Origin: Chiloscyllium plagiosum
Lineage: Eukaryota
Assembly: GCF_004010195.1 (NCBI RefSeq)
Contig: NC_057718.1
Location: forward strand, 37,747,592 to 37,811,591
DNA length: 64,000 nt
Direction: 5' to 3'
Shown: positions 1 to 12,959 of the stretch, piece by piece
Numbering within the stretch: position 1 is the stretch's first letter
Layout: the number at the start of each line of letters is the position of its first letter
Notes under the pieces: model-generated
Told to the model about the DNA's origin: nothing
What the model saw: the letters and a program-made list of their open reading frames with translations, nothing else
Database searches by the model: none
Position numbers and translations under genes: made by a program

Positions 1-114
1 TCATATAACTGAGCTTTCAGCTTCATACAAACCTTTCCCAAGTTATGGGTGTTACTCCACGCTCCCACAAGAAATTTTAGAAGCTTCTATCTGAAAGCCT
101 AAAGCATTATGCAG

Positions 115-442
115 AAGGGATGCCCCAATGGTATTATTACTAGACTATTGATCCAGAGACCCATGTATTGCTCTGGGGAGCCACATTTGAATCCTGCCTG
201 AGCAGATGGTGGAATCTGAATTCAAAAATCTTGAATCAATAGCATAATGATGATCATGAAATTACTGTTGTTTGTCAAATAAATCTGTCTGTCCACCAAT
301 GTTCATTTGAGAAGAAAATTGCCACCTGTCTGGCCTATATGTGACTCCAGACTCAGAGCAATGTAATCGACTCTTAACTGCCATATAGGCATTATATGCT
401 GGCCTAGTCAGCAATACCCAAATCTCGTGAATGAACAAAAAA
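115..442 (+). mobile_element. Old tRNA-derived SINE with LINE-like 3' tail
   Basis: Degenerate A/B-box head (tggtattattactagact...tttgaatcc). Tail ctggcctagtcagcaatacccaaatctcgtgaatgaacaaaaaa is shared in reverse with LINE tails at about 32620 and 54065. Confidence 0.55.
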
Positions 443-929
443 CTACAGATTACCTTTCCCACTTGTAAATTTTCCTTACATAAACATAACCTCATTATTC
501 TAGAGTCTTTCTCCAATTGTGTTTTAAAAGAAATCACCATAGCTTCAGAAATCCTTACAGATAAATCAGCAAAACACTTTAGATACACACATCAAATCCA
601 CTTACCACTAGTTCAAATTCAAAATCTAAAACAAATTGTATCAAAATATGCATCAGATACAATACTTGCCATGATAGATAGCAACGTGCCAACTCCACAA
701 GCACCAGGTAACAGTCGTCTCAAACAACAATCTAATCATCTTCCTCTCCTGCTAGCTTCATTTCTTCCTTATCCCAGCCCAGGACTGCCAGCATCGCTTG
801 ACACCCTGTTCCCTCCAATTAGCTGGCTCTATCCAGCCTCAACTTCCTTGCCCCCAAACCTGCTCCGGCCTCACCAGCTTTGCTTCCTTCTCACTTTATT
901 GGCCGAACTGGTAACATCCTCAAAATACA

Positions 930-1340
930 TCCTATGACATAGCAACCAGAACTGCACATAGTACTTCAATTGTGGCCTAACCAATGTTGTACAATTCCAT
1001 TGTGACCTGCTTGCTGTTGTATTCAATGCTTTGATTAACAAAGGCAAGTATCACAAATACATTCTTATCACCTTCTCCATCTCTCCCGCTGCCTATGAAC
1101 TGGACCACCAAGGTCCCGCCGATCCACTGTAATTCCGAGAGTTCTACATTTAATGTGTACTCCCTTGCCTTGTTGATCCTTGCAAAATATCACCTCACTT
1201 TTCAGGCTGAAGTTCCATGTGCCACGGTTCAGCCCATCTGACCAGCTCTTTTATATCACAGATAAGGCTTACCTTTTGGCTATGTATCAGATAGTTTTGT
1301 GAGATCTGCAAACCTTCCGATCATACCTCTGCCCCACTTC
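930..1340 (-). mobile_element. Degraded CR1 LINE ORF2 (RT C-terminal) fragment
   Basis: Minus strand reads RGMIGRFADLTKL (FADDTK motif). The ccagaactgcacatagtac...ggcctaacc segment is shared with other CR1 copies in the window. Confidence 0.7.
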
Positions 1341-1932
1341 TTGGGTACAGAACATACCTCTAATGTTCCATTGTTGTTGAGTAGATGCCAATGTTGTAGC
1401 TATACTGGAAGAACTTGGATAGAAGCATGGCAGGTTTTGGAGCAAGTTTTCAGTATTATTGCTAGATGTTATTGAGGGTCTAAAACGTGAATACAGGCTG
1501 AGGTAACTAGTTGTCAGGAACAACCACTTAACAGATGCTCTTAATAACTTAAGCGATAATAAAATGGCTTCTCAATGCAAATAACATGAAAAAATGGCTT
1601 CTAGGCTGCAAATTGATAATTCTGCTAAAGCTGCATAAAATGGTTTTTAAGTTACTAACTGCTAATTCTGGTATAGTTGCATAAGTGACTAACCACGGTC
1701 TGCTTCAATAGAGATTAAGCGGACGATGTACCCTTTAAAGCATAGAAATAACTCAACTGGCGAACACATTACTGGCCATCCTAACTGATCTTCCGATGGA
1801 GGTGCAATGGCTTGGTTAGTGAGAGAAGGGTGGCCAGAGTGTTGGAAAAATAAAGTTAATTCCCAGAAAGATCATTGGACTGAGTAACTGTCAAATAAAG
1901 TAGTATTGTGTATTGATTGGTAATTGTTTGAA

Positions 1933-2200
1933 CGTGCTGGAAAAGCGCAGCAGGTCAGGCAGCATCCAGGGAACAGGAGAATCGACGTTTCGGGCATAAG
2001 CCCTTCTTCAGGAATGGGGAAAGTTTGTCCAGCAGGCTAAGATAAAAGGTAGGGAGGAGGGACTTCGGAGAGGGGCGTCGGAAATGTGATAGGTGGAAAG
2101 AGGTCAAGGTGAGGGTGATAGGTCAGACTGGGGTGGGGGCGGAGAGGTCGGGAAGAAGATCTCAGGTTAGGAAGGCGGTGCTGAATTTGATGGATTTGAC
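1933..2200 (-). mobile_element. Penelope-like element 3' region (family A) with hammerhead core at about 1980-2015
   Basis: Similar to the 3' part of the PLE at 9393-9878 and identical over about 60 nt to 26336-26399. Minus strand reads CUGAAGA-A-GGGC(UUAU)GCCC-GAAA-CG-UC. Confidence 0.75.
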
Positions 2201-2401
2201 TGAATTATATATAGCGTTAAGGTAGCTGACTAGCACAACAACACTTAAGCGTATATCATCCACTGCTTTTTCTTCACTCGGAATATAAGCGAAGCTAGTA
2301 AAGCCTGGCAAAGTTACAAAACAGGGCTACTTGCATGCCAAATAGAATAAGCAACAATTGATATGCAGAGATAAGCGATTCCACAACAAACAGATCTGAT
2401 C

Positions 2402-2544
2402 CATGTTCTGCAGTCCTGTTTGCTGATGACTGCACAATCTTCAACGTCATTCATGACTCCTCAGACACTGATGTAGCCCATGCCCAAAATGTGGACAATG
2501 TCCAGGCTTGGGCTGACAAGAGGCAAGTAACATTCACATGATAT
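2402..2544 (+). mobile_element. L2/CR1-group LINE RT fragment
   Basis: Reads LFADDCTIFNVIHDSSDT...NVQAWADKRQVTF (FADD catalytic motif). It runs into the gap. Confidence 0.75.
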
Positions 2545-2869
2545 NNNNNNNNNNNNNNNNNNNNNNNNNNNNNNNNNNNNNNNNNNNNNNNNNNNNNNNN
2601 NNNNNNNNNNNNNNNNNNNNNNNNNNNNNNNNNNNNNNNNNNNNNNNNNNNNNNNNNNNNNNNNNNNNNNNNNNNNNNNNNNNNNNNNNNNNNNNNNNNN
2701 NNNNNNNNNNNNNNNNNNNNNNNNNNNNNNNNNNNNNNNNNNNNNNNNNNNNNNNNNNNNNNNNNNNNNNNNNNNNNNNNNNNNNNNNNNNNNNNNNNNN
2801 NNNNNNNNNNNNNNNNNNNNNNNNNNNNNNNNNNNNNNNNNNNNNNNNNNNNNNNNNNNNNNNNNNNNN
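2545..2869. other. Assembly gap (325 N)
   Basis: Run of N. Confidence 1.
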
Positions 2870-3320
2870 AAAGCCTGTCTAAGATCCTCGGCACTCCTCC
2901 TACCTATGTCGTTGGTGGCAATGTGGACCACGACTTCGGGTTGCTCCCCCCCCCCCTCCAGGACCCGGCAAACACGGTCAGAGACATCACGTACCCTTGC
3001 ACCTGGGAGGCAACATACCAATCGTGAGTCTCTCTCGTTCCCACAAAACCGCCTATCTGTGCCCCTAACTATCGAGTCCCCAATTACTACTGCTCTGCTC
3101 TTCTTCACCCTTCCCTTCTGAGTAACGGGGACAGGCTCCGTGCCAGAGACCTGAGCCCCGTTACTTACCCCTGGTAAGTCATCCCCCCCCACAAGATCCA
3201 AAACGGTATACTTGTTCTTGAGGGGAACGGCCGCAGGGGGTCCCTGCACTGGCTGCTTCCTCCCAGTCCCCCTCAAAGTCATCCATCTGTCTACAATCTT
3301 TGGAGTTACTACTTCCCTAA
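2870..3320 (-). mobile_element. Young CR1 LINE ORF1 fragment (SGNH esterase-like domain)
   Basis: Open frame with VVIGDSIVRG...VCCLPGARV..VVVHIATNDI, the GDS/PGA/GxND blocks of the CR1 ORF1 esterase. CpG-rich, so little decayed. Confidence 0.88.
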
Positions 3321-3689
3321 ATTACCAAAATAATTTTGATTTATAGCCGCAATTTATGTTGCAAAGCTGCATAAATAGTGTTGTAAACGGCTAATATACC
3401 ATAGCATTTTGTGATAGAAATTTCCCTTCATTTGCCACTTCGTCAGAAATAAATGCTTTGTGTCTATTGATATTGATTCTTGTTGCATAAGGTGATGTTT
3501 CTGAAAGAGTTAATGTTGGAGACTGATAATGTTACATAGACTTGGATGAGGAAAAGGGAGAAAACCTTTGAGTCTTTACAGTAAAGTGAAGAACTGGATT
3601 TTCTCCTCTTTTAGTAACCTGATGTGACATGCACATCTTGTCCCGTCTTGTTCCCACAATCTGGCACTGGGGTCTCCTTCAAAACAACG

Positions 3690-3950
3690 GGTTCTCCATT
3701 TAACTCAGGTGAGGAGATTGTTTTTCTCAAAGAGGAGTTTGAGTTTTATAGTTCTTTTCCTCAAAAGACAATGGAAGCACAGTCTTTGCATATTTTTAAA
3801 GCAGTAGTGGATGAATATCTTGATAAGCCTGAGGGCGAATGGTCAGGAATTAGGAATAGGCAAGAATGTGAAGTAATCAGATCAGCCACTACCTTCATGG
3901 ATCAGACAGAGGGGACTAAGGGCTTACTTCAGATATTCATATTTGTATCG
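3690..3950 (+). mobile_element. Degraded CR1 3' end
   Basis: ttttctcaaagagg...gaagcacagtctttgcatatttttaaagcagtagtggat...atcagccact pattern, shared with other CR1 3' ends here. Confidence 0.55.
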
Positions 3951-6349
3951 GATTGCTATTGTGAAAAAACATGTTGCTGAAGATAAGCTTTAAGTCTCAT
4001 CAAGTCTCTTTAAGATGCCGCATTGTGGCGACAATTGAAGCTTTTCACTGTATTTTACTGTATTATTTACTGCAAAATGCAAGTTACAATATTAAATCTT
4101 TCATTAAGACTCACTTATTGATAGAAAGCCACCTCAACCAGCAACTGATGGTGGCTGACATTGCAATATATACAAGTTCAATGCCCTATTGTGCCAAGGG
4201 CAAGGGTTGGTATCTGGGATGTAACACAAAGGGAACTTTTTGTCTCATACATCTTAAGAATTGGAGGTCAATGGTTTTCGCACCAAATGCAACGTGAATC
4301 AAGAAAAGTCAACCTGGATTTAAAAGATATTTGGCTAAAAGAGTGACAGGGTCTAAAGTTAGTTTACCTTCTGACACTTCTTAGTTGGAATATTTTGTAT
4401 AATATGGTAAAGACTCAGAAATGGAAATAAAAGGACTGAATGATTGAGTGGCACATATTTATGGTTCAAGCAGTCATATCGCAAACCCGAATGCATCAAA
4501 GAATTCTTCGGCACAATGGCATCAAAATGGACAGTAGTTTCATGAAAAGGCTGAAAACACACAAGTAAGTAAATAAATAAGGCTTATCCCAGTGGATTTA
4601 TGATTTGAATCATCTGAAGCAAGGTAGCTTGGACATTGGTACTTAATGTATATAATATTTTAGAACTACGTTCTTGTCTTGGATCACAAAGTGTATCTAA
4701 ACGGTTCCACAGATTCTGTTGAATATAGTTAAGAGAAGACTTGGTAACATAAATTTACTTAAATATGAACATTTATTGAGTGAATAAAAAGATGAAAAAG
4801 AAAGGCAACAAGCAATATGCTTCATGCCCTTCTGCTCTTCGGGGACTCCTTGATCCCAATGGCTGGACTGGGAGCTTAGGTTCGTTCCTGGCATCGTTCG
4901 CAATTCCAGTCCAAGGGGAAGTGCAATGATTTGGAATGAAACTTTCTCTTTTGTACAGTACAATGAGGCGCAAGCACAGAAAAACAAGTTGATTGTGCCG
5001 ACTTCGGCATGTATAGGAATGTGAGTCACCCATCACATGACTTATTCAAGGTCATGCAGTTGTCAAATATCATCAACAATTATAACCCAGTTCCCAATAT
5101 TGCAATTGCAATATTAGTAAATGGCTGTCTCAGAAAGCAATATTTGCTTTAGTAAACTTCAGGATTCTTCAACTTCTCTCATATGGCTGGACCACAATCT
5201 ATAAGAAGAGTTATATCTTAATAAGAGTTGCCCTCAGAATTTGGCACTTTTTAAATTGAATAGTATAGATTCAAGAGCTTTGTGCAGAAAATAAAGGGAT
5301 AAATCAGGAAAAGTTTTATTGAATCAGAATATTAATGTTATCATGGATATTCATGTTCCAATGTCAGTACTGAATAAATCTGCACGTGCAGTTTAATAAT
5401 TTACCAAAGTACAAACAATAATGGTTTACAAGGAATGGATAAGGCCAGGAAAAAGTGGTTAAGTGAACTTTTTAGGTTGAGTTTAAGAGAGACTATGGCA
5501 ATACTGTTGAAGAGGTCAATGGGATGTTGCCATGTTTTCCTGATCAAAAATATTGTTTAGAGGGAGACCTTACCCTGAAAGGGTAGAATGCAAAGAGATA
5601 TAATACAGTCAAAAAAGGAACCACTTATCGAGTTAAATAAATGAAACACTCCTGACTACTTGTTATCTTAAAGAAAATTCATTTATCTAAGATTGTTAGG
5701 GCTTAGTTTCATTTATCATTTGTTAACTCTGACTTCGTTTTGATCGAATATAAAATTATTCAATAAAATAAATAAATAGCCAAAAGGACAACTGGATAAA
5801 GCTTTGGTTTTAGACTGGCCTACTTCGCTCATCCAATGGAAACGCCATTTCACTTCAGCCCCTCAGCAGGGCATCGTGAGAAGAATCTTGCAATGATTTC
5901 CTACCATTCCCTATGGAAGCCATGCAGAATTCAGCCACTCTTCAGTGAAGGCAATGGACGTTGAAAAAAAACCCTTTATCAGGAGGTGTGGTGAAGGCAT
6001 CAAGTAGAGTTTCAGCTTGACCAGCTGCGAACACTCCTGGGTATTAACCTTTGTGTTTACTGAAAGAAATCAGGATAGTGAAAGATAGTGATTGAGATAT
6101 CCCTTGGAGTTAAAAGAGTGCATTAATTGTTTAAGTACTTAATAAATTAATTGCTGTTTTATAGAGCTCTACGTGCCGCTGCTGTATCTTTGTCTGTATA
6201 TGTATTGTTGTCTCTCAGAGACGGGCAACAGTCCTTAGGCCAAAGACCAATCAATCTTCCAATTCTGAAGGAAATGCATTTTTGAAGCATTATACAACCC
6301 TTGCATCTTTGAAGACAGACTTCGAGGTGTTGGGGAGATAGAAGTAAAT

Positions 6350-8190
6350 CTTAGAGTCTTAGAGATGTACAACATGGAAATTGACCATTTGGTCCAACTT
6401 GTCCATACTGGCCAGTTATCCTAAGTTAACCAAATCTCATTTGCCAGCATTTGGCCCTATCCCTCTAAACCCTTCCTGTTCATATACACATCCAGAATTC
6501 TTTTAAATGCTGTAATTATATCAGCCTCCATCACTTCCTCTGGCAGCTCATGCTATACACACACACCACCCTCTGTATGAAAAAAGTTGCCCCTTAGGTC
6601 TCTTTTAAATTTTTCGCCTTTCACCTTAAACCTATGCCCTCTAGTTTTGGACACCCTGTCCTAGGGAAAAAAACCTTGTTTATTTATCCTATCTGTGCCC
6701 CTCTTGATTTTATAAACCGCTGTAAGGTCACCCCCTCAGCCTCCAATGCTCCAGGGAAAACATCTCAAGCCTGTTCAGCCTCTCCCTTTAGCTCAAATCC
6801 TCAAATCCTTGTAAGTCTTTTCTGAACCCTTTCAAGCTTCACAAATTCCTTCCTATAGGAGGGGGACCAGAATTGCACACATTATTCCAAAATGGCCTAA
6901 CCAATGTCCTGTACTTCCACAATATGACCTCTCAACTCCTCTGTTCAATGCACCAAGTAATAAAGGAAAGCATACCAAATGCTATCTATCTGTGACTCCG
7001 CTTTCAAGGAGCTATGAACCTGCACTCCAAGTTCTCTTTGTTCAGCAAGACTCCCCAGAGCCTTACCATTACATGTACAAGTCTTGCCCTAATTGACTTT
7101 CCAAAATGCAGCACCTTACATTTGTCTAAATTAAACTCCATTTACCATTCCTCAACACACTGGTCCATCTGATTAAGATCCCATTGCATTCTGAGGCAAC
7201 CTTCTTTGCTGTCCACTACACCTCCAATTTTTCTGTCATCTGCAAACGTACTAATCATATCTCCTTATGTTCACATCCAAATCAATTCTACAAATGACAA
7301 AAAGCAGTGGACCCAGCACCGATCCTTGTGGCACACCATTAGTCATAAGCCTCCAGTCTGAAAAAAACCCTCCTACCTTCGAGCTAGTTCTCCCTCTATT
7401 CCATGTGACCTAACCTTGCTAAACAGTCTACCATGAGGAACATTATTGAATGCCTTATTGAAGTCCATATAGATGACGTCCACTGCTCTGCCTTCATCAA
7501 TCCTCTTTGTTATTTCTTCAAAAACTCAATAGTTAGTGAGACACAATTTCCCATGCACAAAGTCGTGTTGACAATTCCTCATCAGGGATTTCTAAATGTA
7601 TGTAAATCCTGTCCTTTAGGATTCCCTCCAACAACTTGCCTACCACCAATGTCAGGCTCACCAGTATATAGTTCCCTGGCTTTTCCTTATCACCTTTCTC
7701 AAATAGTAGCACCACATAAGCCAATCTCCAGTCTTCCGGCACATTACTTGTGGCTATCAATGATACAAATATCTCAGCAAAGAGGCCTAGCAATCACTTC
7801 CCTAACTTCCCACGGAGTTCTAGGGTACACCTGAACAGGGTCTAGGAATTTATCCAGCTTTATGCATTTTAAGACATCCTCCTCGTTTTTCAAGATGTCA
7901 CTATTTATTTCCCCACATTCTATATCTTCCACATCCTTATCCAGTAAACACCGATGCAAAATACTGATTTAGTATCTCCCCCATCTCCTATGGTTCCACA
8001 CATCAGCAGCCTTGCTAATCTTTAAGGGGTCCTATTCTTTCCCTAGTTATCCTTTTACCCTTAATGCATTTATAAAATCCCTTTGGATTCTCCTTAACCC
8101 GGTTTGCCAAAACTGTCTCATGTTCCTTTTTGTCCCCCTCCTGCTTTCCCTCTTAAACATACTCCTACTGCCTTTATACTGCTCTAAGGA
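6350..8190 (-). mobile_element. 5'-truncated CR1 LINE (ORF2 pseudogene + 3' UTR)
   Basis: Minus-strand RT remnants (VPEDWRLA, KPGNYILVSLTLVVGKLLEGI) and a short-repeat 3' tail at about 6350. Confidence 0.88.
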
Positions 8191-8404
8191 TGCCAAAGTA
8201 ATTATACATATGAAAGTATAATGTTATCTTTGGAGAATGTTGATAAGGTAATTGTTCTAAAAGATTTCATGGTGAGCTGTATAAAACTTATGATAACTCA
8301 CTGCCTTTAGTTGGAGAGTCAATTAGTTTTGCATGAGTCCCAAAGTAGGCAAAAATATATACCATTCTTCTGCTAATTGTATTTATGTCTTTGTAACTTA
8401 ATGT

Positions 8405-8597
8405 TGATGATTTGGAGATGTCGGTGTTGGATTGAGATGTACAAAGTTAAAATCACGCAACACAAGGTTGTATTCCAACAGGTTTATTTGGAAGCACTAG
8501 CTTTTGGAGCACTGCTCCTTCATCAGGTACCATCAAAAGCTAGTGCTTCCAAATAAACCTGGTGGACTATAACCTGGTGTTGTGTGATTTTTAACTG
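8405..8597. mobile_element. Short fold-back PLE-type element (family B) with hammerhead core
   Basis: Inverted arms aagttaaaatcac...gaagcactagctttt and aaaagctagtgcttcc...gatttttaact. 9-bp direct repeat acttaatgt at 8396-8404 and 8598-8606. Confidence 0.75.
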
Positions 8598-8606
8598 ACT
8601 TAATGT

Positions 8607-8652
8607 GATATAGATATAGATATAGATATATAGATATAGATATAGATATAGA
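8607..8652. repeat. (GATATA)n microsatellite
   Basis: Direct observation. Confidence 0.95.
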
Positions 8653-9392
8653 AAGAGCGCACATGCGCTATCATGCAATAAAATATATCTTGTTATGCAA
8701 AATATTTCTATTGTTTGCTTCTCTAATGCTGATGTTTAGATACTTCCCAAGACTCAACATAGAAAGGAAGAATGATGGCAGCGAAATACCCAAGCGCAAT
8801 GGTTGGTAGGAAGATGAAAGATGCTCACAATGCTTGTATCTGAGAATACTTTCACATGTGTTTACAGAAAGAAATACATAGTGAAAGATGAAATGAATCA
8901 TACAAACGTCATTCAATTCTATTGTAAAGTTTGTGGCCATTCAAGCTGACCTAAAATGTCCTTAAGCCCCAGTTTATCCCAGAGCCAGCTCAACTGCTAA
9001 ATTCCTGTCCTAGTAGATTAAAGTAAGATTACAGTCTTAGTTCATACCTCTGCAGTTATTTTTCAGTATGTTAGAGAAAAGAGATTACAAGATTATTGAA
9101 ATTCCAGTAGCATGTAGCTGGGTAAAGCCCTTCTGGTTATCTAAGTGAAGGGGCACTTTTTTTTTTGTTTAATTCTCCTTGAAGCAGCTTCATTTTAGCA
9201 TCTAATAATTCAAAACAATTTATCATTTCTACCCATAAATAACCTGTGGAAATCAAATGTTTGACAATTATTGAAATCAGAAGACGAGAATCCATGAGGT
9301 GATAGAATGATAACCACAGTAGGGGTGTGACACAAAAGTAGATGATTCAGACTGTCATGTCATCAAGTTTTCTCTGCAACAACAATTCTGCT

Positions 9393-9878
9393 CTGGGACA
9401 CCCGCACCAATCAACCACACCGCCCTGTTGCCCAACATTTCAACTCCCCCTCCCACTCTGCCGAGGACATGGGCCTCCTTCACCGCCGCTCCCTCACCAT
9501 CAGACGCCTCGGAACACTTCAACCTCAGGGCATCAATGTGGACTTCAACAGTTTCCTCATTTCCCCCTCCCCCACCTCACCCTAGTCCCAAACTTCCAGC
9601 TCAGCACTGTCCCCATGACTTGTCCTACCTGCCTATCTTCTTTTCCACCTATCCACTCCACCCTCCTCCCTGACCTATCACCTTCATCCCCTCTCCCACT
9701 CACCCATTGTACTCTATGCTACTTTCTTCCCACTCCCACCCTCCTCTAGTTTATCTCTCCAAGCTTCAGGCTCTCTGCCTTTATTCCTGATGAAGGACTT
9801 TTGCCCGAAATGTTGGATTTTACTGCTCCTCGGATGCTGCCTGAACTGCTGTGCTCTTCCAGCACCACTAATCCAGAC
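9393..9878 (+). mobile_element. Penelope-like retroelement 3' fragment (GIY-YIG C-terminus, 3' UTR, hammerhead)
   Basis: Frame HFNSPSHSAEDMGLLHRRSLTIRRLGTLQPQGINVDF (HF...LGTLxPxGxN, typical PLE endonuclease end). Hammerhead core at 9787-9814. 10-bp TSD caattctgct at 9383-9392 and 9879-9888. Confidence 0.85.
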
Positions 9879-12800
9879 CAATTCTGCTAGTGTCCAGGTT
9901 GTTTGTCTATAGTTCTATAACTTTGTCTTCAGGAGTTTATCGGACACCCTTTTAGAAAGCTACAATTCGATCAGTGTGCACCACCCTCTCAAGCATTGGA
10001 TTCCAGACCAAATCACTTATTACGTAGCAGACTAGCTTCAAGTGGTGCTAACATCACAAAATCCTGGATCCCTTGATGACACTGCAGTCACTCAAGCAGT
10101 ACATTTAACAATGATTGCTCACAGCTTTCGTTTCGATCAGTAAGTCGGACAAGGTCCAGTTTTGAACCCCTGGATTGTTCTAGTCACCCCTGCGATGCAA
10201 CCATGTCAATCAATCAATACAAATGTTGATTAATATAGATTTTAGCAATCTTTTTTTTGTAAAAGCACCAGGTCAAATACCATCTACAGTGAGAGAGAAT
10301 CTTATGATGAAAGATCACTTTGAAACACCAGCTGTGCTTTTCTCCACAGGTACTGGATGATTTGCTCATTTCCAGCATTCTGTTTTTTTTTGTTTTTAAT
10401 CAGTGTTTAAATTTATAGAGATTAAAGGGCTGAGCTTGAGACAATGTGATTCCAGTGTTTTGAACATTGTTAACACATCCAAACTGGATGGTGAGAATTA
10501 ACACAGAAAATAGATACAACAAGGTTATGATGAAGTCATAAAAATGTATTATGTATATAAAAATATAAATCCAAAGAAACAAAATCAAAATTATTTTAGT
10601 ATTTGAAGACAGTGTTACAGAATAGACACAAATGATATTCTGTTGACTATATTTTCTGTACTATGAATTTTAATTGCAGTATTACACCATATAAATGTAA
10701 AGCTTTAAATATTGATCAGGGATAAGAGATAAAAGTAGTTCTGATCTTAAGTTGAAAAAGACATTGATATTGGTCCAAGCTAAAGTTATCTGCCAATTCC
10801 CTCAGGAAAAATAAACAGAGAAGACCACAAAAAAATGCAGAAGATAAAGAAATAATATAATGAGAAGCTAATGAATAGAAATGTTGAATCTCTGAAACAA
10901 AATGCAATACTGAAATAACACCAGTGAACTGTGGAAGCGATTTCCAATGACATTGTTTTGTCAGTTTTTTTCCACTGGTTAAATATAGCTGTCCTCCAGC
11001 TTTAAGGAAAATCTTGTAAAAGGAGCCATTCAAAATGGAATAGAATGCGTAAAACTCGATTGTGACACTCTTCCAAACAAAATAAGTTACAAAAGCAGCA
11101 GAAACAGTGTAGGAGCCAAAAATAACTAATATAATCAAAACTTTTGGTTACCTGCTTGTGCTGCAAATACAGTTTAATCCTGATAAGCACATAACTAATT
11201 CACCAGGAAATGTTCAGCTCACTTACTTGGATAGGGCCTTTCTACGCACTGAGTGCAAGGAATGGAAATGGATTATAAGATGCCTTAGTGCACGCCCCAT
11301 TGAAAGGCTAAGAAAGTGTTCTCTGGTCTGGTTAAATGGCACACTGTTCTAAATGGAGCAGATAATGCCCAACTTCCATAACCCTATCATCTTAAACAAA
11401 CTTGTTTCCATTATAATAAAGAATTAAAGTAAACACAAACTACTTATGTATTTATTACCTGTACATTACAGCCACCGTGATCAATATGTACTAGAGAAGA
11501 ATCTCGTTATAGTAGACGGACCAATCCTTCTCAGTTTTCTCTCAAGGTATCATGCAAACATACAGATCCAGAACTGTCAACCTCTCAGTTTGCCATGCTT
11601 CATATGAACATTATCTTGACAGTGAATGTCAACAGCCAATTCAACTGAGAGGGCATCACAACTGAACCTGGCCCCGTGAAGCTTTCACGGGAGCACATTC
11701 CACCCCCGGATCAATATCATTGAGTGGAAATGCTGGTTGGTGTTTTTTTACTATTCTCAAGCTTAAGGGTATCAAAGTCAGTTATAACCTCAATCACCAT
11801 CCTAGCCCACAGCAGCTAATAGCACAGTTGAGGGACTGAATCGGGGGTGCTTGATTTCAAACCGCATCATATTGTGTTTACTTATTAAGCCAGCTGGACA
11901 GGTAGGGGACCTTTAAATATATTTCTTTTCTGGGCTTTCATCAAAAGTGCTTCAAATCCTATTTTGATAAGCCAAATTGTTGCCTTATATAGTTACACAG
12001 GTTGAGCAGTAATTACAGCAAATACCCAATTGACATTGTGAGGGGACACTGACAGATGGGGATCATGGGATACTTGGTGTAAAACCCAAGCTGCTAAAAC
12101 TCAAGTGGCATTTGTCTGTGAGACAGAGAGTTATATGAGCAATCTAATCAAGAGGAAATAAGATGAAATGGGGAAAGAGACAATATCATATAACAGTGGG
12201 ATTAAGGAAAACTTGAGATCAGGGAAGAAGGTGAAAAGATCTAATCATAGACAAAATAGCTGGTCACATGAACATTTTGTAACTGAATAAGTTGACCACT
12301 GAAACATTATTATGGTAGAAACCCTCTAATCATTCTTGAGGATAAGACTTCTGTTTGCATGCTTGTATCTAATTAAGATTACTCATTTAGGACACAGAAG
12401 CCCTCATCCTTACCACATCAACCTCGTCAATCACCTATCATGGAGCGTACAAACAAATTGTAACTATAGAAATTTCTTCCTAACAGCCATGTGCTTTCAA
12501 AGACCATTTGCCCTCGCACATAGACTACTTATTGATCTAGAAATGAATAAGCCTATCCAACTACAATCTCAATAAATAAAAACATTTTTATGTTACTACT
12601 AACAAAAAAAATGGCATCACCAGCACTGAGGAGTTTGAACACCGCATAGCGATACAAAACATAACCATCAGTTACATCAATCTAAAACTTACTTGAAATA
12701 ATCTTTAATCATTAATTGAAAAATTTAGAAGTCATATGCATATTGCATAATTAGTTCACAGGGTACTGAAGAGCAACTTGCTGACCATGAAAGGAGTTCC

Positions 12801-12959
12801 CAATGGCAGAATTCCTGCATTGCTCAGTAGGAGTCCCCTCCTTCACTCGTTCCAGAATTTCACATAGATTCTCTACATAGTTCCTCATTTTAAAAATGAC
12901 CTTTATATATCCTTGTTCCTGTCAAAAATATATTGCTTTGATGGGGATGGCAGAGAGAA

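Noticed and set aside
431..937. 168-aa plus-strand ORF
   Set aside because: No recognisable motif or convincing splice context, biased composition, and it lies between repeats.
1270..1523. Minus-strand ORF ending near an AAG|GTAAGC donor as a host exon
   Set aside because: All frames stop before the donor, and one frame contains the CR1 RT motif FADxTK.
2451..2894. ORFs spanning 2451-2894
   Set aside because: They are artefacts of translating through the N gap.
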